Source: Kiritimatiellia bacterium (GTDB lineage Bacteria > Verrucomicrobiota > Kiritimatiellia > CAIQIC01 > Lenti-01). From it: a DNA stretch of 64,000 nt. This document shows, one piece after another, positions 45,320-54,761 of this stretch. The notes below the pieces were generated by a model that was not told where the DNA came from, did no database searches, and saw only the letters and a program-made list of their open reading frames with translations. How positions within the stretch are numbered: position 1 is the first letter of the stretch; each line of letters opens with the position of its first letter. The translations under genes were made by a program, and so were the position numbers. The stretch is from contig JAXGNL010000003.1 of the NCBI GenBank assembly GCA_040768005.1, positions 4,249 through 68,248 of the forward strand, in the 5' to 3' direction.

Positions 45320-45412
45320 CCCTTCAACCGCCCGGTCTCCGCCGGACAACGCCAACACTATAACCTCCCCAGCCCGCCTCCGTCAAAACCTACGCCCCCG
45401 CCCCTTCCTCCC

Positions 45413-45607
45413 GGGCGCATCTGCGATTAGGTGCCCGCAATCCAGAAATAAGCCATGGCCACCCGCGACTGTCATCCCGAGCTTGTCGAGGGATCTCGAG
45501 CTCGGTCCCGCCGGCACGCCGTTGGGATCAGGCCGAGATATTTCGACTTCGGCGCGGTGCGCCTTCGCTCAATATGACCTGAGCATGCACCCAATCGCAG
45601 ATGCGCC
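45413..45607 (+). repeat. Repeat family A, copy 3
   Basis: GGGCGCATCTGCGATTAGGT...CACCCAATCGCAGATGCGCC. Same orientation and internal architecture as copy 1. Confidence 0.85.
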
Positions 45608-45639
45608 TATCTAGGCGCCCTTTCCCCCCCCGCCCCCTG

Positions 45640-46584
45640 TCACTCCAGCCTCATCCCCGCCGCCAGCCGGTGCCCGCATAAAAACGCCGCCCCCGGCATC
45701 ACCTTCTTCCCCGCCGGCTGCACCGCCGTCAGCCGCACCGCCCCCTCTCCCGCCGCCACCACCGGCCCCTCCCCCTTCGCCTCGATCACCTCCCCCGGCG
45801 CCGCCCCCTCGCGCCCCGCTTCCACCGTCATCCCGTGAATCTTCAGCAACTCCCCGCCCGGCAGAAACGCATACGCCCCCGGCCACGGCGAAAATCCCCG
45901 CCACCGGTTCCGGATCGCCTCCGCCGGCCGGCGCCAATCCACCCGCCCGTCCTCCTTCGCCAGCTTGCGCGCAAACGTCGCCTCCGACTCCGCCTGCGGC
46001 ACCCTCTGCGTCCGCCCCTCCCGGAATCCGTCCAGCACCCGCCCCAGCAGTTCCGCCCCCTTCGCCGCCAGTTTCGGCTCCAGAGTCGCCGCCGTCTCCT
46101 CCGGCCCGATCGCCATGCGCTCCTGCGCCAGCACATCCCCCGCATCCATCTTCGGCGTCACGTACAGCACGCTCACGCCGGTTTCCCGCTCGCCGTTCGC
46201 CAGCGCCCACTGGATCGGACTCGCCCCCCGGTACTTCGGCAGCAGCGACGGATGCACATTGATCGTCCCCAGCCGCGGCACCGCCAGCAGACTCTCCTTC
46301 AGGAACTGCCCGAAACACGCCACCACGATCACATCCGGCGCCAGCTCCGCCACCTGCGCCACGAACGCCGGATCCCCCGCCCGCTCCGGCGTCCAGACCG
46401 GCAGCCCACGCGATTCCGCCAGCCGCTTCAGCTCGCACGGCGCACAGCGAAGCCCCCGCCCCGCCGCACGGTCCGGCTGCGTCACCACCCCGGCCAGCTC
46501 ATCCTTCCCCTCCCGCAGAATTCCCTCCAGCAGCGGACACGCCAGCGCCCCCGATCCCATCAGGACCACCTTCAGCCGCGGCAT
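45640..46584 (-). CDS. fmt: methionyl-tRNA formyltransferase
   Basis: NVHPSLLPKYRGASPIQWAL motif; 314 aa. Confidence 0.9.
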   Translation of the reverse strand: MPRLKVVLMGSGALACPLLEGILREGKDELAGVVTQPDRAAGRGLRCAPCELKRLAESRGLPVWTPERAGDPAFVAQVAELAPDVIVVACFGQFLKESLLAVPRLGTINVHPSLLPKYRGASPIQWALANGERETGVSVLYVTPKMDAGDVLAQERMAIGPEETAATLEPKLAAKGAELLGRVLDGFREGRTQRVPQAESEATFARKLAKEDGRVDWRRPAEAIRNRWRGFSPWPGAYAFLPGGELLKIHGMTVEAGREGAAPGEVIEAKGEGPVVAAGEGAVRLTAVQPAGKKVMPGAAFLCGHRLAAGMRLE

Positions 46585-46617
46585 GTGTCCCGCCTTCCGG
46601 AAACCCGTTCGCCTTCT

Positions 46618-46995
46618 TCAGCGCGCCAGCAGGTCCGGCGGCGGCGGCGGGGCGTTGCGCCCCGGCACCACGATCTGCGACGCCCGCTCGCGCTGCATCG
46701 CCTCCATCTCCTCGCGGAGATCCGCAATCGCCTGCTTGATCGCCGCCGGGAATCCCGCCATGGCCTCCGCCAGCGTCTTCGCCCCGCGCACTTCGCCGCT
46801 CAGCGGCAGCACCCCGCCCGGCGTCATCACCTGGGCCACCGCCGTATAGATCGGCTCCCGCGCGGGATCCTCCGCCCCGTCCGCCGTCACCGGCACCAGC
46901 TTGCGCAGCGACCCCGCCTTCAGGTCCGTATAGGTCTCTTCCCGGTACAAATTCGCCGCATCCATCTGGATGTCCCGGCCTGCTTCTTCCGCCAT
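46618..46995 (-). CDS. hypothetical cytoplasmic protein
   Basis: 125-aa ORF with normal composition and codon bias. No motif recognised. Confidence 0.5.
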   Translation of the reverse strand: MAEEAGRDIQMDAANLYREETYTDLKAGSLRKLVPVTADGAEDPAREPIYTAVAQVMTPGGVLPLSGEVRGAKTLAEAMAGFPAAIKQAIADLREEMEAMQRERASQIVVPGRNAPPPPPDLLAR

Positions 46996-47059
46996 GATCG
47001 TCTCCTTGGTCTCGTGTCTTGGGTTCCGGGGGCCGGGCGACTCTTCCAGCCGCGCCCCG

Positions 47060-47884
47060 CTACTCTTGCAGCATCTTCTCCCGCAGCGTCGCCAGCGCCT
47101 GGTTCTGCAGCTGGCGCACCCGCTCGCGCGTGATGCCCAGCCGTTCGCCCACCTCCTCCAGCGACTCCGGCTCCACCCCGCCCAGACCGAACCGGCGCTT
47201 CAAAATCAGCTGCTCGCGTTCGCCCAGCGTCACCACATGCTGCGCCATCTCCTCCAGCAGCTGCTGGTCGTTCAATTCATCAAACGGCGACTTCGCCTTC
47301 GAGTCGCTGATCGTGTCGCCCAGGCTTTCCCGCCCGTCCTCGCCCAGCGGAATGTCCAGCGACGTCGGCCGCTGCGACACCTCCAGCCAGTACTTCACGG
47401 TCTTCTCCGGCACCTCCAGCCGCTTCGCCAGCTCCGCCGCCGTCGGCGCCCGGCCCAGCTCGTGCGCCAGCGTCTCCTGCATCCGCCGCATCCGGAACAG
47501 CTTGTCCACCATGTGCGACGGCAGCCGGATCGTCTTGCCCTGGTTCGCCAGCGCCCGCCGGATCCCCTGCTTGATCCACCACGCCGCATACGTGCTCAGC
47601 TTGCCCCCCTTCTTCGGGTCAAACCGGTCCACCGCCTTCATCAGCCCCAGGTTGCCCTCGCTGATCAGATCCAGCAGCGGCAGCCCCAGCCGCGCATAGT
47701 CCCCCGCAATCTTCACGACCAGCCGCAGATTCGCCCGGATCATCTTCTGGCGCGCCGCCTCGTCCCCCCGCTTGATCCGCCGCGCCAGCTTGACCTCCTC
47801 CTCGGGCGTCAGCAAATCCACCTGCCCGATCTCGCGCAGGTAAATCCGCATGCCATGGTCGTCGCGTTCGTTCATGTCCGTCAT
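47060..47884 (-). CDS. sigma-70-family RNA polymerase sigma factor (RpoD/RpoS-like, no region 1.1)
   Basis: ORF 47060..47911 (TTG) trimmed to MTDMNERDD. Region 2 is DLISEGNLGLMKAVDRFDPKKGGKLSTYAAWWIKQ. Region 4 is LEEVGERLGITRERVRQLQ. Confidence 0.85.
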   Translation of the reverse strand: MTDMNERDDHGMRIYLREIGQVDLLTPEEEVKLARRIKRGDEAARQKMIRANLRLVVKIAGDYARLGLPLLDLISEGNLGLMKAVDRFDPKKGGKLSTYAAWWIKQGIRRALANQGKTIRLPSHMVDKLFRMRRMQETLAHELGRAPTAAELAKRLEVPEKTVKYWLEVSQRPTSLDIPLGEDGRESLGDTISDSKAKSPFDELNDQQLLEEMAQHVVTLGEREQLILKRRFGLGGVEPESLEEVGERLGITRERVRQLQNQALATLREKMLQE

Positions 47885-47926
47885 CTTCACAGGCCCCCGG
47901 ACAAAATGCAAGCCGCGCCGTTCTGT

Positions 47927-47971
47927 CCCCTGCCCCCGTTTCCCCTGCCCCCGTTTCCCCTGCCCTCTGGA
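47927..47971. repeat. 15-nt tandem repeat CCCCTGCCCCCGTTT (about 2.9 units)
   Basis: Read directly from the sequence. A related CCCCGTTTCCCCTG reappears at about 48091-48105, on the other side of the truncated family-A copy. Confidence 0.6.
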
Positions 47972-47987
47972 CTCTGCCCCCCCCGCA

Positions 47988-48088
47988 CCGCATCTGCGAT
48001 TCGGTGCATGCCGTTCAAAAGGTCTTCTGGTTCTGTATGGCTGTCATCCCGAGCCTGTCGAGGGATCTCGGCTTGGTCCCGCAGGCAG
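47988..48088 (+). repeat. Repeat family A, copy 4 (left half only)
   Basis: CCGCATCTGCGATTCGGTGCATGCCGTTCAAAAGG...GTCATCCCGAGCCTGTCGAGGGATCTCGGCTTGGTCCCGCAGG, then the homology stops. Confidence 0.75.
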
Positions 48089-48194
48089 ACCACCCCGTTT
48101 CCCCTGACCGCTGCCTTCTGGCCTCTGGCCTCTGTCCTCTACCTTCCGCCCCCCTCCGCGCTTGACCCCCGCCCCCCCGCCCACTATCGGATCC

Positions 48195-48650
48195 ATGCGC
48201 TGCCCCAAGTGTGCCCAGTCCGACGACAAAGTGGTGGATTCCCGCTCCATCCGAAACGGCGCCGTCATCCGCCGCCGCCGCGTCTGCGCCCGCTGCGGTC
48301 ACCGCTTCACCACCTACGAGGAAGTCGTCAAAGCCATCCTCACCGTCCTCAAACGCGACGGCCGGCACGAAGACTTCGACCGCCCCAAGCTCCGCGCCGC
48401 CATCGCCCATGCCGCCGTCAAACGCCCCGTCTCCGACCCCCAGCTCGACATGATCGTGGATGAAATCGCCCACGAAATCGAAACCGAGTACGACCGCGAA
48501 GTCCCCTCCACCGTCATCGGCCGCAAGGTCCTCGACAAACTCGAAAAGCTCGACGAAGTCGCCTTCCTCCGCTTCGCCTCCGTCTACCGCCGATTCCGCG
48601 ACGCCTCCCAGTTCCTCTCCGAAATCGAAAACCTCATCGGCCGCCAATGA
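48195..48650 (+). CDS. nrdR: transcriptional repressor NrdR
   Basis: ORF 48162..48650 trimmed to MRCPKCAQSDDKVVDSR...RRRRVCARCGHRFTTYE (zinc ribbon plus ATP-cone). Confidence 0.9.
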   Translation: MRCPKCAQSDDKVVDSRSIRNGAVIRRRRVCARCGHRFTTYEEVVKAILTVLKRDGRHEDFDRPKLRAAIAHAAVKRPVSDPQLDMIVDEIAHEIETEYDREVPSTVIGRKVLDKLEKLDEVAFLRFASVYRRFRDASQFLSEIENLIGRQ

Positions 48651-48695
48651 TCCCCCCCCCCGCGGCCTGCCGCGGCCCGTCTCCACCCTTCCCCG

Positions 48696-48835
48696 TTTTC
48701 CACGCCATGGAAAACTTTTTTCCGGATTTTCCACGCCATGGAAAAATTTGGACAACCCCGAATTTTTCCACGCCATGGAAAATTTTTTTGCGGATTTTCC
48801 ACGCTATGGAAAACTATTTTCCACACCGTGGAAAA
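48696..48835. repeat. REP-like palindrome array 5 (5 copies)
   Basis: Copies at 48696-48714, 48727-48745, 48764-48782, 48795-48813 and 48817-48835. Start-to-start spacing is 31, 37, 31 and 22 nt. Confidence 0.85.
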
Positions 48836-48981
48836 TATCCGTTCCCCGGCCTCAACGAGGCCGCTGTACTTCTAACGAAAGCGGGAACCACTTCCTGTCC
48901 GCCATCCGCAGGCTTGCCACGCCATGGGCGTGGACGTGGATTTCTCAATTGTTTCATTCTTAATTCTTCATTTATAATTCC

Positions 48982-49693
48982 ATGCTCCCTCCCCACCAGC
49001 GACGACACCCGCGCCACGCTGGCGCCGCACCCTCGAAGAACTCCTCCGCACCACGGGCAACACCGCCCCCTCGACCCGCCGCCGCCGAAGCCGTCTCCTC
49101 CGCCGTCATCGCCTACCTCGCCGACCAGCGCCTCGCCCCCCCCCTCCCCGACGACTACCTCCACCTCCTCATCTACCGTGCCCTGCGCACCCTCAACCAG
49201 AACGACGCCGCCCGTTCCTGGGCCGCCACCCACCTGCCCGGCATCGACCTCCCCGTCTTCGACCCCGACCTCTGGCCCGGCCCGGTCCCCCTCCTCGTCT
49301 GGCAGCTCTTCGCCTCCGCCTCGTCCGCCGCCCGCACCCTCACCGCCGAAGGAAAAATCCTCTGGGCCCTCGACTTCCGCCGCCTCCGCCGCGAAGAAGC
49401 CGGCTGGCTCGAAATCACCCTCCTCCCCGGCCTTCGCGCCCTGATCGAACAGCTCGCCCCCGCCTGGGATGAAACATGCGGTGCCGGCCTCCTCGGCCGC
49501 CGCGGACTCTATACTTTCAGTTTCGCCCCCACCCCCGCCGACGCCAGAAAGCCAAACGGCATTCCCGTTACACCCCCTCGACGCCCCCGCCATCCGCGCC
49601 TTCTGCCTCCGCGTCCTCGCCCATCTCCAGACCGCCCGCGGCTGGACCCGCACCCCCGACGTCCTCTACCTCGACTTCCCGCCAAAAGTATAA
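48982..49693 (+). CDS. hypothetical protein, possibly frameshifted near 49500-49560
   Basis: The frame of ORF 48982 looks coding through ...LIEQLAPAWDETCGAGLLGRRGLYTF. The plausible C-terminus (HPLDAPAIRAFCLRVLAHLQTARGWTRTPDVLYLDFPPKV*) is in the frame of ORF 49469..49693. Confidence 0.3.
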
Positions 49694-50852
49694 AGTACAG
49701 ACTTCACCCTCCCAGGAGGCCGAAGTCACCGCGCCTGCTGGATGGACAGCCGACCTGCCTATCGGCCATCCTTCCGGCCATGAGACCCCTGCGCATCCGC
49801 CTTGCCAGCGGCGGCACCACGTCATCAATCGCGGCGAACTGGATGACGATTTACCTCGACAACCGCGACCGGGAACACCGCCTGGAACTGCTTTCGACAC
49901 TGCCTGACCGCTTCGGCGTGATCATCCACGCCTTCGCGCTGATGGATACCCATGACCATTTCCTGCTGCAAGTCCCCGCAACAGCATCGATGCCGCCATG
50001 CAATGGATTTCAGCATGAGCTACGGCGTCTGGTTCAGCAAACGCCATCAACGGCTCGGCAAGGTGTTTTCATCCCCCTACAAAGCCATCCTCGTCGAGGA
50101 GAACGGATCCTGGGCACTGGATCTCAGCCGCTACATCCATCTCAACCCCATCCGGACCGCGGCCCTGGGCCTGGACAAAACCACCCGGGCCCAGGAAAAA
50201 CGCGGCGGCACTCTCCCGCCTTCATCCGAACTCATCACCCGCCGCCTTAAAACCCTCCGGGGGTACCGATGGAGTTCCTATCCTGCGTTTGCCGGCTACC
50301 GCAGCGTGCCGGAATGGCTCTGCACCGCCGAACTGTGGCGGCGCGTATCCGGAAGCCGCAAAGACGGTGCCAATGCCTATCGCAAGTGGATCGAAGACTA
50401 TGTCCGCCAGCATGTGAAGGAAATCGGTGACGAACAACTCCCCAAGACCCTGGTAAGCGGCAGTTCCGCTTTCCGCGACAGCATGCGCCCCCTGCTGAAA
50501 GGCGATCGCCGCGAGCAACCCGAACTGCGCCAATGGGACCAGGCCATATCCTTTGAGACCATCGTGGCCGCCGTGGAATCCGCCAAAGGGGAACCTTGGA
50601 ATGCCTTTCGGGACCGGCACGGCGATGTCGGCCGGGACCTGGTCTTCCATCTGGCCCGGCGCCATTCCGGCCTGACCCTGCGCCAGATCGGAGAAAAGGG
50701 CGGCGGATTGCATTATGTCGCCGTTTCCAACGCCCTTCGGCGTCTTGACAAGCGCCTGGAAAGCGACCGCTCCCTCCAGCGATTGAAGAAAGCCGCCGAA
50801 GCCCAATTGTTAAATGTATAGACTTCACCCTCATAAGGGTGAAGTCTATACT
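49693..50852 (+). mobile_element. IS200/IS605-like element with subterminal hairpins and a decayed Y1 transposase
   Basis: Left imperfect hairpin GACTTCACCCTCC...GGCCGAAGTC at 49700-49727. Right perfect 15-bp stem TATAGACTTCACCCT-cata-AGGGTGAAGTCTATA at 50817-50850. Both share AGACTTCACCCTC in the same orientation. Confidence 0.65.
49780..50821 (+). pseudogene. Y1 (IS200/RAYT-type) transposase with C-terminal DnaA-like HTH, at least 3 frameshifts
   Basis: Pieces lie in three frames: MRPLRIRLASGG / HHVINRG / IYLDNRDREHRLELL...HAFALMDTHDHFLLQVP / AMDFSMSYGVWFSKRHQRLGKVFSSPYKAILVE...YIHLNPIRTA...RWSSYPAF. Confidence 0.7.
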
Positions 50853-50864
50853 ATTTACTTTTGC

Positions 50865-51560
50865 CTAGCGGGCGGCAGCGTAGCGGGCAGCGACCTCCGG
50901 CCAGTTCACCACGTTCCAGAAGGCGTCGACATAGGTGCCGCGCATGTTCTGGTATTTCAGGTAATAGGCGTGCTCCCAGACATCCAGGCCGAGGATCGGC
51001 GTGCCTTGCCGATCGGCTACATCCATCAGCGGATTGTCCTGGTTCGGCGTGGAGGTGATGAACAGCGATCCGTCCTCCGCCACGCACAGCCAGGCCCAGC
51101 CGCTGCCGAACCGCGTGGCCGCCGCTTGCGCGAACTGCTGCTTGAAGGAATCAAACGACCCGAACGCGGCATCTACGGCCGCCCCCAGTTCCCCGTCCGG
51201 AATCCCTCCGCCGTCGGGCGACATCACCTTCCAGAACAGGGTATGGTTCCAATGCCCGCCGCCGTTGTTGCGCAATGCCACCGGCAATTCGCTGATCCGG
51301 GCAAACAAGGCTTCCAGCGGTTGCCCTTCCAATTCCGTGCCCGCAACGGCCTTGACCAGATTGTTGAAGTATCCCTGATGATGCCGGCTGTAATGGATCT
51401 CCATCGTCCGCGCATCAATGTACGGCTCCAGCGCATCGAAGGCATACGGCAGCGGCTCGAATTCCAGTGCCGCCGCCGGCGCGGCCTCCTGTCCGAACGC
51501 CGCAACGGCCAACCCCGCCGCGATCAATGCAATCCATCCGGTTTTCATTTGCTTGTTCAT
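50865..51560 (-). CDS. sod: Fe/Mn superoxide dismutase with signal peptide
   Basis: [23 protein letters not shown], then [21 protein letters not shown]...DVWEHAYYL. Confidence 0.9.
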   Translation of the reverse strand: MNKQMKTGWIALIAAGLAVAAFGQEAAPAAALEFEPLPYAFDALEPYIDARTMEIHYSRHHQGYFNNLVKAVAGTELEGQPLEALFARISELPVALRNNGGGHWNHTLFWKVMSPDGGGIPDGELGAAVDAAFGSFDSFKQQFAQAAATRFGSGWAWLCVAEDGSLFITSTPNQDNPLMDVADRQGTPILGLDVWEHAYYLKYQNMRGTYVDAFWNVVNWPEVAARYAAAR

Positions 51561-51751
51561 GTTTACCTCCGTTGTTTAATGCATCAACCTACCGCATCCC
51601 TGCGGCTTTTCAACTGATCCCCCCGGCCGGCAACCGATCCGTCGCCCGCTGCAGCCCGGCGCATTAAGCCGGGCGGGTTGACCCCGTCGGGCAAGCCAAC
51701 TCGCCCTCCTCCCCATCCTGTAAATCCTGTTAATCCTGTCTAAAGGAATTC

Positions 51752-54184
51752 CTAGATGAACATCGTCGGGCCGCTTTCCTTGGCGCGGGCGATGAACGTG
51801 GCGACGCCGGCCACTTCGTCCACGTCGATCAGTTCCTCGCGGGTGATGCCCATGACGCCCATGGCCATGTCGCAGGCGATGAACTTCACGCCCAGCGCCC
51901 GCGCGCTCTGCAGCATCTCCGGCAGCGACGCCACGTTCTGGCCGGTCATGACATGCTTCATCATCGCCGTGCCCATTCCCGCCATGTGCATCTTGGAGAG
52001 CGCGAGCTTCCGCGCCCCCTTCGGCAGCATCCAGCCGAACATCCGGTTCAGCCAACTCTTCCGTACCGCCGGCCCCGGATTCTTCCGCAGCACGCTCAGT
52101 CCCCAGAAGGTGAAAAACACGCTCACCCGCATGCCGGCCGCCGCCATGCCCGTGGCCAGAATCATCGCCGCCAGCGCCTTGTCGAGATCGTTGCTGAACA
52201 GGATCAGCGCCGCCGAATCGGCACTCCCGGCGACCGCGCACGGCGCAGCCGCCCCGCCCTTGCGCAGCACGGCTTCCAGGCGGTCGCCCTTCTGCGCCAG
52301 TTTCACCACCTTGTGGCCGGCGCACTTCGCCCAGTTGGTCAGGTCCGGCGCAAAGCCCGGCGCGGCCACCACCTTGAGAGACGCCCCCGCCCCCAGCGCG
52401 TCCAGCTCCTGCTTGATCCGCACCACCGGGCCGGGACACTGCATCCCGCGCACGTCCACCCCATGCGCCGGCTCGGCCTCATCGCTTTCGATCTTCGGTC
52501 CGCCCTCGCTGCCCGTGCTGGACACCGCGATTTCATCGTCGGACGGCATCCAGTGTTCCGGCTGGAACTGCTTCCACGTCTGGTATCCGCCGGAGAGATT
52601 GGCGACATGGTAGCCGAGCTGTTTCAGGATGCGTTCCGCCACGTAGCCGCGCAACCCCTGATGGCAGTACACCACAATCTGCCGGTCCTTTGGCAGTTCA
52701 CAGGTCCGTGCTCGCAGCTGGTGCAGCGGAATGTTCACCGCGCCGTCCAGGGCGCCCTGGACCAGCTCGGCGGGCTCGCGCACATCGAGCAGCAGCGCGC
52801 CTTCGGGCAAAGCCTCGGCGTGCACCTGCGTCGTCACTCCGTCGAGCACGTTCGTGGCAATCATGCCCGCCACGGTGATGGGATCCTTCGCCGAGCTGAA
52901 CGGCGGGGCATAGCACAGCTCCAGCTCCGCCAGTTGACGCACATCCATCCCGGCGCGCATCGCCGTCGCCAGCACGTCCGCGCGCTTGTCCGCGCCCTCC
53001 GCGCCGATCACCTGCCCGCCGTAGATTTTTCCGTCGTCGCCAAACAGCAGCTTGATATGCAGCTCGCGGGCCCCGGGATAGTACCCCGCGTGCGATCCCG
53101 GATGCAGATACACCTTCCGGCAGGCCTTCCCCATCGCCTTCAGCCGGGCCTCCGTATGCCCGCAGCTCGCCGCCGTCAGCTTGCCGACTTTCACCACCGA
53201 GGCCCCGTAGGTGCCTGCATACCGGTGTTCGCGGCCCAGAATTCCGTCCGCCGCGATGCGCCCCTGCCGGTTCGCCGGGCCCGCCAGCGGCACCGCCGTC
53301 GTCTCGCCGAACACAGGATCCTTCACCGACACCGCATCGCCGACCGCAAAAATGTCCGGGTCGTTCGTCTGCATCCGGTCATCCGTCGCGATATGCCCCT
53401 TGGGTCCCGTTTCCAGCCCCGCCGCCGCCGCCAGCGCCGAATTGGGTTTTACGCCCACGCACATCACGACCAAGTCCGCCGTCCACGAGCGGCCGTCTTT
53501 CACTGTCGCCGTCACGCCGCCGTCGTCCGCCGGCGCGAACGCCGAGACCGCCGCCCCCAGTTCCACGACGATTCCCGCCAGCCGCAGCTCTTCCGCCAGC
53601 AGCGAGCTCATTTCCTCGTCCATCGTCGGCAGCAGCTGGCGGCCCATTTCCAGCAGCGTCACCTCCAGCCCCCGGTGCCGCAGGCTCTCCGCCAGCTCCA
53701 TCCCCACGAAGCCGCCGCCGACCACCACCACGCTCTTCGCCCCTTCGTCGAGCTTCTTCGCGATCCGATCCATGTCCTCGAGCGTCCACAGGGGCAGCAC
53801 CTCGGGCAGGTCGATCCCCGGCAGGTTCAGCTCCATCGGCGACGACCCCGTCGCGATCACGAGCTTGTCATAGCGCTCCTCGCTCTCCGCCCCCGTGTGC
53901 CGGTTCAGAATCCGGACCGTCTTCTTGTCGCGATCGATGGCCGTGACCTCGTGGTTCACCCGCACATCCACGTTAAACCGCGCCCGGAAATCCGACGGTG
54001 TCATCACCAGCAGCCAGTCGCGCTCCGGAATGATCTTCCCCAGGTGGTACGGCAAGCCGCAATTCGCGTAGGAAATATGCGGGCCCTTCTCCAGCAGCAC
54101 GATCTCCGCCTGCTCATCCATGCGCCGCAACCGCGCCGCCGTGCTTGCTCCGCCCGCCACGCCGCCGATGATGATCGTCTTCAT
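51752..54184 (-). CDS. CoA-disulfide/persulfide reductase fused to rhodanese, TusA-like and DsrE-like domains
   Basis: ORF trimmed to MKTIIIGGVAGGASTAARL. SYANCGLPY (redox Cys), VVYCHQGLRG (rhodanese), VDVRGMQCPGPV (TusA CPxP), and a C-terminal DsrE/F-like segment. Confidence 0.8.
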   Translation of the reverse strand: MKTIIIGGVAGGASTAARLRRMDEQAEIVLLEKGPHISYANCGLPYHLGKIIPERDWLLVMTPSDFRARFNVDVRVNHEVTAIDRDKKTVRILNRHTGAESEERYDKLVIATGSSPMELNLPGIDLPEVLPLWTLEDMDRIAKKLDEGAKSVVVVGGGFVGMELAESLRHRGLEVTLLEMGRQLLPTMDEEMSSLLAEELRLAGIVVELGAAVSAFAPADDGGVTATVKDGRSWTADLVVMCVGVKPNSALAAAAGLETGPKGHIATDDRMQTNDPDIFAVGDAVSVKDPVFGETTAVPLAGPANRQGRIAADGILGREHRYAGTYGASVVKVGKLTAASCGHTEARLKAMGKACRKVYLHPGSHAGYYPGARELHIKLLFGDDGKIYGGQVIGAEGADKRADVLATAMRAGMDVRQLAELELCYAPPFSSAKDPITVAGMIATNVLDGVTTQVHAEALPEGALLLDVREPAELVQGALDGAVNIPLHQLRARTCELPKDRQIVVYCHQGLRGYVAERILKQLGYHVANLSGGYQTWKQFQPEHWMPSDDEIAVSSTGSEGGPKIESDEAEPAHGVDVRGMQCPGPVVRIKQELDALGAGASLKVVAAPGFAPDLTNWAKCAGHKVVKLAQKGDRLEAVLRKGGAAAPCAVAGSADSAALILFSNDLDKALAAMILATGMAAAGMRVSVFFTFWGLSVLRKNPGPAVRKSWLNRMFGWMLPKGARKLALSKMHMAGMGTAMMKHVMTGQNVASLPEMLQSARALGVKFIACDMAMGVMGITREELIDVDEVAGVATFIARAKESGPTMFI

Positions 54185-54284
54185 TCCAACTCCCTTTCCA
54201 TGAATTGGATTCCAACCTACCACGCCCCTTCCGCCCCGCCAATTTCGACTTTTTTCATCTTTCCGTTTGCGGGTCTTCCCAAAT

Positions 54285-54302
54285 CTGGTATGTTAATACC
54301 AG
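54285..54302. promoter_or_regulatory. candidate Rrf2 operator
   Basis: CTGGTAT-gtta-ATACCAG (7-4-7), 21 nt upstream of the rrf2 ATG in the divergent intergenic region. Confidence 0.4.
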
Positions 54303-54323
54303 TTTAAACGGAGCCCCCTTCCC

Positions 54324-54761
54324 ATGCCTGGACTGATCCACATCCCCGAAGCGACTTCGATTGCCCTCCACCTCTGCCTGTGGATCGGCGACGGCGACCG
54401 CGTGTTTCGCTCTTCCCCCGCGCTGGCCAAGGAGCTTGGCTTTTCGTACCACCACTTCGCCAAGGTGGTCCAGCGCCTCGTCCGTTCCGGCCTTCTCGAA
54501 ACCGAGCGCGGCCCCAAAGGCGGCATCCGCCTCGCCCGTGCCCCCAAAACCATCACTTTGCTGGACGTGTATGAAGCCGCCGGCGGCGAGCCGCTGCGAC
54601 CCCACCGCTGCCTGCTCGATCCCAAGATCTGCGCCGGGCGGGCCTGCGCGTTCGGCCATCTGGTGGAACGCGAAAACGAACTGCTCCACCGCAAAATGAA
54701 GCAAACCACCCTCGCGAACCTCGCCCGTTCGCTCGATAAAACCCAGCTGGTGCCCGCATGA
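54324..54761 (+). CDS. Rrf2-family transcriptional regulator
   Basis: ALHLCLWIG...LAKELGFSYHHFAKVVQRLVRSGLLETERGPKGGIRLA, plus three C-terminal Cys (C-x7-C-x5-C). Confidence 0.85.
   Translation: MPGLIHIPEATSIALHLCLWIGDGDRVFRSSPALAKELGFSYHHFAKVVQRLVRSGLLETERGPKGGIRLARAPKTITLLDVYEAAGGEPLRPHRCLLDPKICAGRACAFGHLVERENELLHRKMKQTTLANLARSLDKTQLVPA

Noticed and set aside
48696-48835. TTTTCCAC palindromes as NrdR boxes, because one array follows nrdR.
   Set aside because: As far as I recall, NrdR boxes are 16-bp ACACwAtATaTwGTGT-like sites in tandem upstream of nrd genes. The motif differs, no nrd gene is nearby, and the other arrays sit at unrelated loci.
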